Assembly (NCBI RefSeq): GCF_006345805.1
Contig: NC_043016.1
Location: 11,842,001-11,906,000, forward strand
DNA from: Octopus sinensis
Taxonomy: Eukaryota
Length of the DNA: 64,000 nt
Direction of reading: 5' to 3'
Below the pieces are notes generated by a model, which made no database searches, was not told where the DNA came from, and worked only from the letters and a program-made list of their open reading frames with translations. The first letter of the stretch is position 1, and every line of letters starts with the position of its first letter. Position numbers and translations under genes: made by a program. Shown one piece after another: positions 63,446 through 64,000 of this stretch.

Positions 63446-63840
63446 CTAGCAGTATCGCCCGGCGTTGCGCGGGTTTGTAAGGGAAATAACTATATAAGCA
63501 TTTTCAGAGATGTAAAGTATAATAGCCATCTCAATATGGCTAACCACAAAGGGGGTGGGGTGTTACTGTAGCTTTTTACGTCTGAGATTTAATAATAATT
63601 TTTAGAGAGTTACTTCCCTTATATATGCCAAAAATGCATTAAAATTGGGAAAATTGATGGTAATTTTTTTTTAAATCGTAGACTCATCGTAGACGCGCGC
63701 TAATACCCAGAAGGGCTCGATATGAATCACGACTATAAGATACCCGATTTTGGTTAAACTGCACCGCGAAATGTGGGAGTAGTTAGGAATCTAAATCGTA
63801 GGAGACAGACAGCACACAAACTCACTTTTATATATAAAGA
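63446..63840 (-). mobile_element. Non-autonomous Helitron (395 bp)
   Basis: A|TCTTTATA 5' end; CCCGCGCAACGCCGGG hairpin; CTAG|T 3' end; same family as 19161-19558. Confidence 0.85.
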
Positions 63841-64000
63841 TTAATAAAAGTATACTTGTCTTCAGTCATTCTAAAACCTTGCTACGATCAAAGCTAAATC
63901 AAGACTGTTTAAAAAATAGTAAAATTACAAAGCATTAACACTTAAAATGTTTTATCAAACCACGTGGTTCCATCACCTCTAGAACTTAAAAGACTATCTT

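Overview
Eukaryotic, very AT-rich, repeat-dense DNA. The SINE/RTE/microsatellite landscape looks like an Octopus (cephalopod) genome; this assignment is by pattern recognition, not a database hit. Only one host coding exon is convincing: the first coding exon of a Smaug/SAMD4 orthologue on the minus strand (13608-13401, phase-1 GT donor). It has two uAUGs just upstream, and no further Smaug exons were recognised, so 1-13400 is probably part of a long intron. The rest is transposon-derived: at least 3 tRNA-headed SINE families, 3' ends of RTE LINEs, two piggyBac-type (TTAA) MITE families, two short Helitrons, and decayed Gypsy, RLE-LINE, Penelope, hAT and Tc1 fragments, plus long micro/minisatellites. 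The most interesting unexplained signal is a set of short (TA)n-embedded elements carrying minimal hammerhead-ribozyme motifs in three sequence families. One family is a long, near-perfect palindrome; the 36.7 kb copy has a hammerhead on each strand. Other leads are a 5'-inverted (twin-priming-like) RTE insertion, nested and dimeric piggyBac MITEs, local rearrangements, and a CpG pattern suggesting a distal promoter. Nearly all ORFs in the supplied track are repeat artefacts. All alignments and folds were done by eye, and repeat boundaries are approximate (about +/-10-20 nt unless termini are quoted).
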